DNA from: Candidatus Marinacidobacterium sp. | GTDB lineage: Bacteria; Acidobacteriota; Vicinamibacteria; Marinacidobacterales; Marinacidobacteraceae | Assembly (NCBI GenBank): GCA_965220965.1 | Contig: OZ244852.1 | Location: 1,280,001 to 1,344,000 of the forward strand | DNA length: 64,000 nucleotides | Reading direction: 5' to 3' | Part shown: in pieces, positions 19,312-28,621 of the stretch | Layout: each line of letters starts with the position of its first letter | Numbering within the stretch: the stretch's first letter is position 1 | Translations under genes and position numbers: made by a program | The notes under the pieces: model-generated | The model's input: the letters and a program-made list of their open reading frames with translations, nothing else | Database searches by the model: none | What the model was told of the DNA's origin: nothing

Positions 19312-19713
19312 GTGGTGCGCCAGGACACGTTCACTTCGAGCGCGGTCACGAACGGGATCCGCGTGGATGTCGAGGCGCGTTTCGCCGACGAGCGGCATGA
19401 GCCGGAGCCATCCTGGCTCTTCCAGTACGACATCGCGATCACCAACGAGTCGCAGGAGATGGTCCGCCTGCTCGCCCGCCACTGGGTCATCGAGCACGGC
19501 GAGGAGCATGTCGAGGAGGTCCGCGGACCCGGCGTTGTAGGCGCCCGCCCCTACCTCGTGCCCGGCGAGTCCTTCCGCTACACCTCGTGGTGCCCGCTGC
19601 GCACGCCCTTCGGCATGATGCGCGGGACCTACACGATGGAGGTTCCCGGCGGCAAGAAGTTCAAGGTCGAGATCGCGCCGTTCACCCTGAGCCGGCCGGT
19701 CACTCTCCACTGA
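19312..19713 (+). CDS. apaG: ApaG protein (Co2+/Mg2+ efflux-associated, DUF525)
   Basis: FQYDIAITN, LLARHWVI, EVRGPGVVGARP, PGESFRYTSWCPLRTPFGMMRGTY. Confidence 0.95.
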   Translation: MVRQDTFTSSAVTNGIRVDVEARFADERHEPEPSWLFQYDIAITNESQEMVRLLARHWVIEHGEEHVEEVRGPGVVGARPYLVPGESFRYTSWCPLRTPFGMMRGTYTMEVPGGKKFKVEIAPFTLSRPVTLH

Positions 19714-19792
19714 GGGCCGCCGGGCCCCCGCGCCGATCGCCGTGGCGACCCGGAGCCTGCCGCGCCCCCGCGTGCGTCGCCGGAAACCGGCG

Positions 19793-20578
19793 ATGGCGGA
19801 GCGCGCCGACCGCTACGAGCTCTACCAGAACTCGGTCCAGGACGCTCCCACCGACGCCGCCTTCCTCGACGACGAGTTCCACCGCCGTCGGGGTCGCCGG
19901 GCTGACTCGTTCCGCGAGGACTTCTGCGGCACGGCCGCCCTCTCGTGCGAGTTCGCGGCGCGGCGTCCGGAGAGCGAGGCGTTCGGCGTGGACATCGACG
20001 AGGATCCGCTCGACTGGGGGCGCCGCCACAACCTGGCGGGGCTGAGCCGGTCGGAGCGCGCCCGCGTCCACCTGCTCCACAGCGACGTCCTCGACGTCGC
20101 CGGGCCGAAGGTGGACCTCGTGGCGGCGATGAACTTCAGTTACTGGATCTTCGAGACCCGCGACCGGATGCGCGCCTACTTCGAGCAGGTGCGGGCGGCG
20201 CTGTCCCCGGATGGCCTCTTCTTCGCGGACGCCTACGGCGGCTCGGACTGCCATGAAGAGAAGGAGTACGCCCGGGAGGAGGACGGCTTCACCTTCATCT
20301 GGGACCAGGTGGCCTTCGACCCCCTCAGCGGGCGGATGCGCTGCGCCATCCACTACGAGTTCCCGGACGGCAGCCGGCTCCGGAACGCGTTCCGCTACCA
20401 GTGGCGCTTCTGGTCGCTGCCCGAGCTGCGGGAGCTGCTCGAGGAGGCCGGCTTCCGGCGCACCGCGATCCTCTGGGAGGGCGCCGACGAGAATGGCGAC
20501 GGAAACGGCGTCTTCGAGGAAGTCGACGAAGGCTCCGCCGACGAGACCTGGATCGCCTACCTGGTGAGCGAGCCGTAA
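19793..20578 (+). CDS. Class I SAM-dependent methyltransferase
   Basis: DRYELYQNSVQ, REDFCGTA SAM-binding motif, GVDID, and AMNFSYW. Alternative GTG start at 19742. Confidence 0.8.
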   Translation: MAERADRYELYQNSVQDAPTDAAFLDDEFHRRRGRRADSFREDFCGTAALSCEFAARRPESEAFGVDIDEDPLDWGRRHNLAGLSRSERARVHLLHSDVLDVAGPKVDLVAAMNFSYWIFETRDRMRAYFEQVRAALSPDGLFFADAYGGSDCHEEKEYAREEDGFTFIWDQVAFDPLSGRMRCAIHYEFPDGSRLRNAFRYQWRFWSLPELRELLEEAGFRRTAILWEGADENGDGNGVFEEVDEGSADETWIAYLVSEP

Positions 20579-20594
20579 ACGAGGGTTAACCACC

Positions 20595-21077
20595 ATGCCA
20601 ACAGCATCACTCGACGACTTTCTCCCGGCGGAGACAGAAGCGCCCGCCCTGGGCCCGATCGCGAGCGACCTCGTCGGCGGCGCCGGCGCGGACTACCTCT
20701 CGCCCGAATATCGGGCCATGGGCAGGCGCAACCGGCGCCTGGCGCTGGAATGCCTCGAAAGGGGCGACCATCGCCAGGCCCCCGAGAAGGCCTGGGCGGC
20801 CTTCGCGCAGGCCGTCAAGATCGCCAGCGCCGGGCGGGGAATCCCCGCGAGGCTCCACACTCCGATCGTGAGCGTCGCGCAGGCATTCACCGAGTTGGCG
20901 AGCGATGTGGACCCGTGCGCATCGGAGCGCCTCCAGCATGGGCTGACCACGGCCCGGAGCCTCCATATGCATCTCCGCGAGAACGATCTGTCGCCGGGGC
21001 TGGTGGCGTCCCATGTCGCCGAGGTGCTCGAGGCGCTGGACGTGCTGGATGCGATGACGGGGTCGAACCCCGCCTGA
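20595..21077 (+). CDS. PaREP1-like (HEPN-fold) protein
   Basis: LERGDHRQAPEKAWAAFAQAVK and ARSLHMHLRE resemble the PaREP1 GDxxQASEKxWxA...LHxNFYE pattern; has its own RBS (GAGGG). Confidence 0.65.
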   Translation: MPTASLDDFLPAETEAPALGPIASDLVGGAGADYLSPEYRAMGRRNRRLALECLERGDHRQAPEKAWAAFAQAVKIASAGRGIPARLHTPIVSVAQAFTELASDVDPCASERLQHGLTTARSLHMHLRENDLSPGLVASHVAEVLEALDVLDAMTGSNPA

Positions 21078-21841
21078 TGACGAGCGAACCGGCGGCTTCC
21101 GGGTCCCCGCCGGAGGACGATCGGCCCCGCCGGCGGACGGCCGCGTTCCTGGTCATCGGAAACGAGATCCTGTCCGGCAAGGTCGCCGACACGAACACCG
21201 GGCGGCTGGCCCGGCTGCTCCGCGGCAAGGGGATCGAGCTGCGACGGGTCGTGACCATTCCCGACGACCCCGGAGCAATCGCGGCGGAGACGGCCTCGCT
21301 CTCCGGATCGCATGACCTGGTCTTCACCTCGGGCGGGGTGGGCGGCACCCACGACGATCTCACGATGGAGGGCGTCGCGCGAGCCTTCGGCGCGAGGGTG
21401 ATCCACCACGCCGTCTTCCTGGAGGCGCTGCGGAGGCGCGGGCTCGAGACCTCGCACCGCGGTCTCGCCCGGGTTCCCGAGGGAGCAGAACTGCGCGGCG
21501 GGGAGGCGGGCCCGAACGGCCGCTGGCCCGTCGTCGTCATGCGGAACGTCTGGGTCCTGCCGGGCCTTCCGCGCGCGTTCGAGCACAAGATGGAGATCCT
21601 CGAGGACTGCCTCCCCGCCGGGCCGGCGTTCTTCACCGACTCCGAGCTGGTGGCGGGCGCCGAGGAGGCGCTGATCCCGCTGCTGGACCGGGTGGTCGCC
21701 GCGCACCCCGCTGTCCAGATCGGGTCCTACCCGGGACCGGAGGGCACGCGGATTACCTTCGACGGGGACTCCGGGGCGGCCGTCCGGGAGGCGGCGGCGG
21801 CCTTCCGCAAGGCGCTGTCCGGCCACTTCGGGGCACAATGA
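21077..21841 (+). CDS. CinA N-terminal / molybdopterin-binding domain protein (FAD hydrolase-like)
   Basis: VIGNEILSGKVADTN, TIPDD, FTSGGVGGTHDDLT, VLPGLP and QIGSYP. The ATG overlaps the upstream TGA. Confidence 0.88.
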   Translation: MTSEPAASGSPPEDDRPRRRTAAFLVIGNEILSGKVADTNTGRLARLLRGKGIELRRVVTIPDDPGAIAAETASLSGSHDLVFTSGGVGGTHDDLTMEGVARAFGARVIHHAVFLEALRRRGLETSHRGLARVPEGAELRGGEAGPNGRWPVVVMRNVWVLPGLPRAFEHKMEILEDCLPAGPAFFTDSELVAGAEEALIPLLDRVVAAHPAVQIGSYPGPEGTRITFDGDSGAAVREAAAAFRKALSGHFGAQ

Positions 21842-23955
21842 ACGGGCATCGCATGTTCCGTCTTTCGTCCCGTCGGGCCCTCCGCGTCCCTCGCGCGGTG
21901 TTTTGGTCGCTTGCGGCTTCCTTCGTCGTGGCCGCCCCCGCCGCCGCCCAGGACGGCCTCCCGCTTTCCGACGCCCACCGCCGGTGGATCGAGGAGGAGG
22001 TCGTCTACATCATCAGCGACCGGGAGAAGGACGCCTTCGAGCGGCTTCAGTCCGAGGCCGAACGGGAGGCGTTCATCGCCTCGTTCTGGCGGCGCCGCGA
22101 CCCGGAGCCGCTCACGCCGCAGAACGAGTTCCGGACCGAGCACTACGAGCGCATCGAGTACGCCAACACCTTCCTCGGCCGCGAGAGCGCGACGCCGGGG
22201 TGGATGACGGATCGCGGTCGGTTCCACATCAAGCTCGGCCCACCCGAAGAGAAGGAGACCTTCCTGTCGATTCCCGGGCTCTATCAGGCGGAACTGTGGT
22301 TCTACCTGGCCCGCGACGAGGCGCTTCTCCCTCCCCTTTACGTGCTCTTCTTCCGGGAGTACAACGCGGGCCCCTACATCCAGTACAACCATCTCATCCA
22401 TCTCCCGGAGGAACTGCTACCGGCCCAGTCCTTCACCGAGGGCGACTCCCGGTTCGAGGCCTACGTGATGCTCCAGGAGATGTCGCCGCAGCTCGCGCAC
22501 GCGTCGATCACGATGCGGGCCGACCGCGGCGTCCAGGCGAGCCTGGTGCAGCCCGAGATGGAGGCGCTCCAGACCCAGACGCTGCTTTCCGACATCGAGC
22601 GAGCCCCCTACCGGCTGCTCGACACGAACTGGGTCAGCGGCGCGGAGGCCGGCCGCGGACTCGTCGAGAGCGAGTACCTCTTCAACTTCATCCCGAGTAG
22701 CGGGCTTGCGCGCGTCCTGCCCGGCGCGGCGCCCGGCTCGTGGTTCGTGCACTACGCCATCGAAATCGAACCACAGCACTTCACGGTCGCCCGCGAGGAG
22801 GACGGCAACGAGTACTTCACCCGGTTCAGCCTCCAGGGCGAGGTGACAACCCCCGACGACGGCGAACTCGTCCACGACTTCGCCGCCACTCCATTCCTGC
22901 GGCTCAGCGAGAGCGAGCTGCAGGCGGTCGGCGCCCGTCCCTTCGCCTACCGGGGAATGTTCCCCCTGATCAGCGGTTCTTTCCGGTTCCGGCTGATCCT
23001 GAAGAACGACGCCCGAACCGAATATACCGTGTTCGAAGACGATCTCGTCGTACCGGACGGCGAGGAGGCCTTCCTTTCGCGGCCCCTGCTGCTCCACGGG
23101 CTCCCGGATCCCGAGGCCGCTCCGGGGCGGGCGTGGGGCGTGGCGAGCGGCCGCCTGGTGGCCAACGCGCGGGGGGTCGCGCCGCGGGGCGCACGCCTGC
23201 GGATCGCCGCCGCGGCGCCCGGTCAGGAGAGCGTGAGTTTCCGGATCGAGCCCTGGAGCGTCACCGGCGAGCCGGGAGCCCTCGCCACACCGGTGCTCGC
23301 GGAGGAGGCGCCGGTCGAGGACGGGCTCGCGCTGTGGCTCCCGGATACCGGCGCGCTCGACTCGGGCCGCTACCTGGTGACCGCAGCCGTCGCCGGGGGC
23401 GAGCGCTCCACGACGCTCGACCTGAACGCGCGGGCGGCGGTCTCCCTGCCCTGGGGCCTCAGCGACTCGCTCGATCCGGACGCGCCGGGCGCCCTCCCCG
23501 CCGCTCTCGGCGAACAGTGGCTGCGGCTGGGCGAGCACGACCGGGCCCGGAGCTCCTTCGAGGCGGCTCTGGCGGCCAACCCCAACCTGGGGCGCGCCCG
23601 GGTCGTCCTGGCGCGATTCGCGCTCGACGAACAGGATCCGCGAACCGCCGTGCGCCTGCTGGAGCCCGCCCTCGCGCAGACGCCGCAGGACATCGGGATC
23701 TTGCGGATTCTCGGTGACGCCCACCGCGAGTCCGGCAACCCGGCCCGCGCCGCGGAGCTCTACGAGCGGTCGCTCCCGCTCCAGGCGCCGGACGCCGACC
23801 TGCTGAACGCGCTCGGCTGGTCGCTGGCGGCCGCCGGGGCGCCGGACCGGGCCGTCTCCTACCTCGAACGGTCGCTGGACCTTCGGCCCGAGCAACCGGA
23901 CATCCGCGAACTGCTGGCGAACCTCCGCGCCAACCTTCGCCCCGAAGAGTTCTGA
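21838..23955 (+). CDS. GWxTD domain-containing exported protein with C-terminal TPR repeats
   Basis: Signal peptide, WIEEEVVYII, FWRRRDP, NEFRTEHYERIEYAN and PGWMTDRGR, then TPR-like helices at the C-terminus. Confidence 0.9.
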   Translation: MNGHRMFRLSSRRALRVPRAVFWSLAASFVVAAPAAAQDGLPLSDAHRRWIEEEVVYIISDREKDAFERLQSEAEREAFIASFWRRRDPEPLTPQNEFRTEHYERIEYANTFLGRESATPGWMTDRGRFHIKLGPPEEKETFLSIPGLYQAELWFYLARDEALLPPLYVLFFREYNAGPYIQYNHLIHLPEELLPAQSFTEGDSRFEAYVMLQEMSPQLAHASITMRADRGVQASLVQPEMEALQTQTLLSDIERAPYRLLDTNWVSGAEAGRGLVESEYLFNFIPSSGLARVLPGAAPGSWFVHYAIEIEPQHFTVAREEDGNEYFTRFSLQGEVTTPDDGELVHDFAATPFLRLSESELQAVGARPFAYRGMFPLISGSFRFRLILKNDARTEYTVFEDDLVVPDGEEAFLSRPLLLHGLPDPEAAPGRAWGVASGRLVANARGVAPRGARLRIAAAAPGQESVSFRIEPWSVTGEPGALATPVLAEEAPVEDGLALWLPDTGALDSGRYLVTAAVAGGERSTTLDLNARAAVSLPWGLSDSLDPDAPGALPAALGEQWLRLGEHDRARSSFEAALAANPNLGRARVVLARFALDEQDPRTAVRLLEPALAQTPQDIGILRILGDAHRESGNPARAAELYERSLPLQAPDADLLNALGWSLAAAGAPDRAVSYLERSLDLRPEQPDIRELLANLRANLRPEEF

Positions 23956-24134
23956 CGGCGACGGGGCCGAGCCACGTCGTCACGCCCCGACCCTGCGGAA
24001 TCCGGCGGAACGGCGTCCGGGGTCCGGCATTTTGGACAGCGACGAAGCCCCGGCGGACTCGCAGGGGTCATCACGGAATCACAGTCGACGACCCGTCAAC
24101 GAGTTACGTTGCTCGGCACGGCCAGAGCGTTTTT

Positions 24135-24151
24135 CTGGCATAATCGTTGCC
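24135..24151 (+). promoter_or_regulatory. Putative sigma54 (-24/-12) promoter of the TonB-dependent receptor
   Basis: CTGGCATAATCGTTGC has the exact GG-N10-GC spacing and matches the TGGCA...TTGC consensus, about 85 bp upstream of the ATG (RBS AGGAGG). Confidence 0.65.
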
Positions 24152-24236
24152 CGCCTTTGGCGCAAACCCGGGTCTGGAGCCCGGATCCTTGATCTCCAGT
24201 TCTCTCATTTCCAGGCATTTCCATCCAGGAGGAACC

Positions 24237-27200
24237 ATGCGGAAGTCCACTTTCGTGCTGCTTCTCGTGGCGTTGCTCGCCCTGCCGGCCCTTGCGCTCG
24301 GTCAGGGTGGCGACTCCAGTATCCGCGGCACTGTCACTGACGACACGGGCGCCGTTCTGCCCGGCGTGACGGTCACCGTCACGAGTCCGGCCCTCATCGC
24401 AGCCGAGATCGCCGTAACCGACGCTCAGGGCGGCTACCGGCTGCTCAACCTTCCGGTGGGAGAGTACGTGCTCGAGGCGGCGCTCTCCGGCTTCGCCACC
24501 TACCGGCAGGAAGGCATCCTGGTCCGCGCCAGCACGAACATCGGCGTCGACCCGGTGATGTCGATCAGCGCGGTGCAGGAGACCGTCACGGTCACCGCCG
24601 AAACGCCCATGCTGGAAATCTCCCGGCCGGGCAACATCCTCACCATTGAGGGCGACCTCCAGCGCGACCTGCCCATCCAGGCTCGCGGCAACTGGAGCGA
24701 CTTCCTCGAGATGACACCGGGCGTCAACGCCCGTCCGTTCGACGACGGCTCGGGCCGGATGGTCTACTTCGGCCACGCGACCGAGCATTTCTCGCACGTC
24801 ATCCAGCTCGAGGGCATGGCCGCCGCCGGCTACACCGACTCGCAGGTCACCTACGTCGGCATGAACGCCGACATGATGGAGGACATGTCCGTGAAGACGG
24901 GCGGCGCCGAGGCCAAGGACCCGATGGGCACCGGTCTGATCATCAACGTGATCACCCGCAGCGGCGGAAACGAACTCGGTGGATCCGCGGCCTACGACCT
25001 CCAGTCGTTCGACTGGGGCACCGGAGACGAAAGCGGCCTGGGAGGCCTTCTTGGCGACAACGAACTCCCGAGCAATTTCGATCCGTTCGCCACGGAGAAG
25101 GCGAACTTCGCCTCGCTGGGCGTCTATGACCCGCCGGAGGGTCGCGCCGCCGCCGCGGGAACGCCGACCGCCCACCAGGTGCGTCAGGCCGACTTTTCGC
25201 TTGGCGGACCCGTCATTCGCGACAAGGCGTGGTTCTTCGCCTCATACCGCTACGCGGACCTCGCCGCCCGGATCAGCCGGGGCGCCACGGACCTTGAGCG
25301 GTTGAGCGCCCTTTCGGGCATCCCTGTCGGCGACCGCGGCACGACACCGGTCTACGAAGAGTTCCTGAACACGACGCGGAGCCATCAGCCCTACGTCAAG
25401 TTCAGCTCCCAGCTCACCGGGAACCACGAACTGAACATCTACTACCAGCGCGACACGACGGACAACACCTCGAACCGCGAGTACGACCTCGCGCCGCGTC
25501 TCACCGTCCAGACGGGCGGCAACCTCTTCGGCGGAAAGCTGACGTCGGTCTTCGGCGACGCCATGACGGGACAGTTCACGTTCTCGTACAACAACAAGGC
25601 TTCGCTGACTCCTCAGACCAAGCAGCCGCAGTTCGACGCGCTCCCGATCTCGATCACGATCCAGAACGGGTTCTCGGTGGACGACAGCGGCGAGACGAGC
25701 GGCGGCGGCCGAATCGCCGCGCTCGGAGCCGGCAACGGGACGGACCGTCCCGCGCGCCTCGTGCTCTTCCGCGCTGACATGACCCGTTACGTTGACAACG
25801 TGGCCGGATCGCACGAGATCGGCTTCGGCGTCTACGCCGCGCCCTTCAGCACCTACCCGAGCACCACGCTCTACACGACCTCCGGCGGCTGGGGCAGCGA
25901 GAACCACACCCCGATCGACGCGAACGGCAACCCGACGACCGACCTCAGCCAGGCGGTCGCCACTCGCTGGTACTCGCGCAGCCGGACCGGCGACCCCAAC
26001 GGCCCCATCGACTCGCTCAAGACGCGCGACGCGCAGGACAGCGACATCGGCATCTACCTCCAGGACTCCTGGAAGCCGATCGACCGCCTGACCCTGAACC
26101 TCGGCGTCCGGACCGACTTCGTGCGGCGGTACGACGGCATCCTTGATCTGGAACGGATGAACACCGTCGCCATCGGCCCGCGGGCCGGCTTCGCGTACCA
26201 GCTCACCGAGGACGGCCGGAACATCCTTCGCGGCAACATCGGCCGGGTCCACGAGCAGGTGAATGGCCGCGACGCGGTCACCAGCGTCCATGGAGGCGTT
26301 TCCGTAGGCAGCTACACCGAGTACGACCACGACGTGGACGGCGTTCCTGATTACACGGTCTATGAGCCGCCGGCCGCCGGGATTCCGAACGAGTACCTCT
26401 TCGACAGCAGTATCGGACAGCCGTTCGTCGACGAGGCGATCGTCGGACTGCGCCGCCAGTTCCAGGGTCAGTTCGCGATGGATGTGGCGCTGGTCCACCG
26501 TCGCTACACCGACAACTACGCGCTGCTCGAGCAGAACGGCTTCTATCCGAGCTGCTGCCCCGCCTCCCCGCCGCTGGGCGAGTTCCAGTACGGCGCCGTG
26601 GATGTCGCCTACGGGGACGTCCTGCAGCAGACGAACAACGCCTGGAGCAAGCTCGTCTACACCGCGCTCGAGATCACCTCGACGCGGCGGACCGAGCGGA
26701 TGTCGGCGACGCTGAACATCAGCAGGCAGTGGCAGAGCTTCGCCGGGGACTGGAACCCGACCGATCCGGCCGCGTTCATTCAGCCCGAGAAGTTCGCCTC
26801 GAACAAGGCGCTCTACATGCCGCGCGGCAACAACGAGCACGACACGCTGCGGGCCAGCACGGTCACGTCTTACGCGCCGACCTGGCGGCAGTTCTCGATC
26901 CGCGGCGGGATGAGCTACCTGATGCCGTACGACATCACGTTGGCGGTCAGCTACACAGCAAACGCGGGACCGTGGTCGGGCCCCATCCTGGAGCGGCTCG
27001 CGTCAAGCGACCCCCAGGTCACCCAGTACGGGCCGGGAAATGCCAACAACGGCCGTTCGAACCCTCTGGCGACCCGCTACCGCATCGTGGGCGCGGACCG
27101 GGGCGAACTCCAGGTCCAGGCCCCGACGGTCCATACGGTCGGCCTCTCGCTTGGCAAGATCCTGGATCTGGGCTTCACGCAGTTCGAGGCCTCGCTGCAG

Positions 27201-27341
27201 TTCTTCAACCTGCTCGATGCGGCGAACCACAACCAGTTCACCTACTCCGGCGCCAACCGGACGTGGGTTCCGGCCTTCCTCGAGCTGAGGAGCCGGCAGA
27301 ATGCCCGGACGATGCTCTTCCGCGGAACCTTCCGGTTCTAG
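24237..27341 (+). CDS. TonB-dependent receptor, Oar type, with N-terminal carboxypeptidase-regulatory-like domain
   Basis: Signal peptide, GTVTDDTGAVLPGVTVTV, VQETVTVTAE, INVITRSGGN, LGGPVIRDKAWFF, YLQDSWK...LTLNLGVR, and a C-terminal Phe. Confidence 0.92.
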   Translation: MRKSTFVLLLVALLALPALALGQGGDSSIRGTVTDDTGAVLPGVTVTVTSPALIAAEIAVTDAQGGYRLLNLPVGEYVLEAALSGFATYRQEGILVRASTNIGVDPVMSISAVQETVTVTAETPMLEISRPGNILTIEGDLQRDLPIQARGNWSDFLEMTPGVNARPFDDGSGRMVYFGHATEHFSHVIQLEGMAAAGYTDSQVTYVGMNADMMEDMSVKTGGAEAKDPMGTGLIINVITRSGGNELGGSAAYDLQSFDWGTGDESGLGGLLGDNELPSNFDPFATEKANFASLGVYDPPEGRAAAAGTPTAHQVRQADFSLGGPVIRDKAWFFASYRYADLAARISRGATDLERLSALSGIPVGDRGTTPVYEEFLNTTRSHQPYVKFSSQLTGNHELNIYYQRDTTDNTSNREYDLAPRLTVQTGGNLFGGKLTSVFGDAMTGQFTFSYNNKASLTPQTKQPQFDALPISITIQNGFSVDDSGETSGGGRIAALGAGNGTDRPARLVLFRADMTRYVDNVAGSHEIGFGVYAAPFSTYPSTTLYTTSGGWGSENHTPIDANGNPTTDLSQAVATRWYSRSRTGDPNGPIDSLKTRDAQDSDIGIYLQDSWKPIDRLTLNLGVRTDFVRRYDGILDLERMNTVAIGPRAGFAYQLTEDGRNILRGNIGRVHEQVNGRDAVTSVHGGVSVGSYTEYDHDVDGVPDYTVYEPPAAGIPNEYLFDSSIGQPFVDEAIVGLRRQFQGQFAMDVALVHRRYTDNYALLEQNGFYPSCCPASPPLGEFQYGAVDVAYGDVLQQTNNAWSKLVYTALEITSTRRTERMSATLNISRQWQSFAGDWNPTDPAAFIQPEKFASNKALYMPRGNNEHDTLRASTVTSYAPTWRQFSIRGGMSYLMPYDITLAVSYTANAGPWSGPILERLASSDPQVTQYGPGNANNGRSNPLATRYRIVGADRGELQVQAPTVHTVGLSLGKILDLGFTQFEASLQFFNLLDAANHNQFTYSGANRTWVPAFLELRSRQNARTMLFRGTFRF

Positions 27342-27364
27342 ACGAGAGCCTCTGACGGATTAAC

Positions 27365-27398
27365 GGGCGCCCGGGCCGCTTCGGCGGCCCGGGCGTTC
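27365..27398. terminator. Strong hairpin between convergent genes (likely bidirectional terminator)
   Basis: GGGCGCCCGGGCCGC-TTCG-GCGGCCCGGGCGTTC forms a 15-bp stem (two G-U pairs) with a cUUCGg tetraloop; there is no U-tract. Confidence 0.7.
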
Positions 27399-27454
27399 CG
27401 CTGTACGGCGCGGATGAAGAGTGGAAGATCAGCCGCCTGGAGGCGGCCGCTGAT

Positions 27455-28333
27455 TCATCGTCGGGACGACCACCCCAGGTCGACACTGAGCAGGAAGAAG
27501 CGAGGACGGATTTCGGTGTCGATCCCGACTTCCGGGAAGACCAGATCCACGCCGGGAAACTCGGACCCGTCTGTCGCGACGAACGCGCGCGCCCAGCGCC
27601 CCTCGGCATGGCGCGTCCACCCGAAAAACCCGTCAAGCCGGAGTCGCGCGAGGAAGTGTCCACGCCGGACGGAAACGCCGAACGAAGCGCCGATAAGGGG
27701 GACGCGGCGATCCGATCGTGATCGGTGATCCACGGCGCGCAACGAACCCTCGAAGACATCATCCCCGATCTGCACAGTCTCGACTGGCGAATGGAAGAGA
27801 TCATCGAGTGCGCTCAGGTCATCCTCGGCCAGACCGGCGAAGCCGCCGCCGATGGCGACGAAGGGACGCAGGGAACGGGTGTCCGGTCCCAACTCCCGCA
27901 GCAACATCGCACCGACGAGGGACGCGCTTTCGTCAGACGGATCTGCGACGTATGGCCATTCTTCGCGCAAGACGCTCACCGCAGTCAGCCCATCCCCAGT
28001 AACGCGGTGGTGGAACAGCTCAAGTCCCCACGGTCCCCGCATTGCCCGAACGCCCAAACCCAGACTCAGACTTCTGAGGTAGCTGACCGTGTCGTCTTCG
28101 AAGTACCCGTGCTCCGCTGCCAGGAACCGGAACCTCCCCCTCGCCGCCAGCCCGGCCCCCCCCGCGCGGCCGAAGAGCTGCACGGCCCAACGCGATGGAT
28201 CGGATTCAGCGGCCTGGAGCGACTCTTCGGGCTGCGCTGGTTGTTTCGATTTCCGGCGGTCGTCGTCTGCGTCAGCGACGAGCGGCACACCCATCGCCAG
28301 GGTCAGGGAAAGCAGCGTGATGAAGCGAAGCAT
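27455..28333 (-). CDS. Hypothetical exported protein, probable outer-membrane beta-barrel
   Basis: Start MLRFITLLSLTLAMG (signal peptide) with a GGGAGG-like RBS; amphipathic strands LRPFVAIGGG and FFLLSVDLGW. Confidence 0.55.
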   Translation of the reverse strand: MLRFITLLSLTLAMGVPLVADADDDRRKSKQPAQPEESLQAAESDPSRWAVQLFGRAGGAGLAARGRFRFLAAEHGYFEDDTVSYLRSLSLGLGVRAMRGPWGLELFHHRVTGDGLTAVSVLREEWPYVADPSDESASLVGAMLLRELGPDTRSLRPFVAIGGGFAGLAEDDLSALDDLFHSPVETVQIGDDVFEGSLRAVDHRSRSDRRVPLIGASFGVSVRRGHFLARLRLDGFFGWTRHAEGRWARAFVATDGSEFPGVDLVFPEVGIDTEIRPRFFLLSVDLGWSSRR

Positions 28334-28621
28334 GGATGTCCTCCCGTCAAGCGGGGACCCAACCGGCGGAGACGGCCGGCGCCTTCCGTGTCGCGAGTCC
28401 CCTCTGGCGCCTGCAAGCAATCCGGTGGCCACGAATCGAGGCCCGGCGGGAAGGCCCCGTCCACGGCGCTCCGGTCCGCCGCTTCTTCCCGATCGCGCGT
28501 CCAGCCCCCGGATCCTTGCCGGCAAGTTCCCGTCGGTCATCGCGTCGCGAGCGGGCCCGAGCCGCTCCGCCGTACACTCGGAGCCCGATTCCCCTGCCCT
28601 GACTTCCGGAGGCGACCCGTG

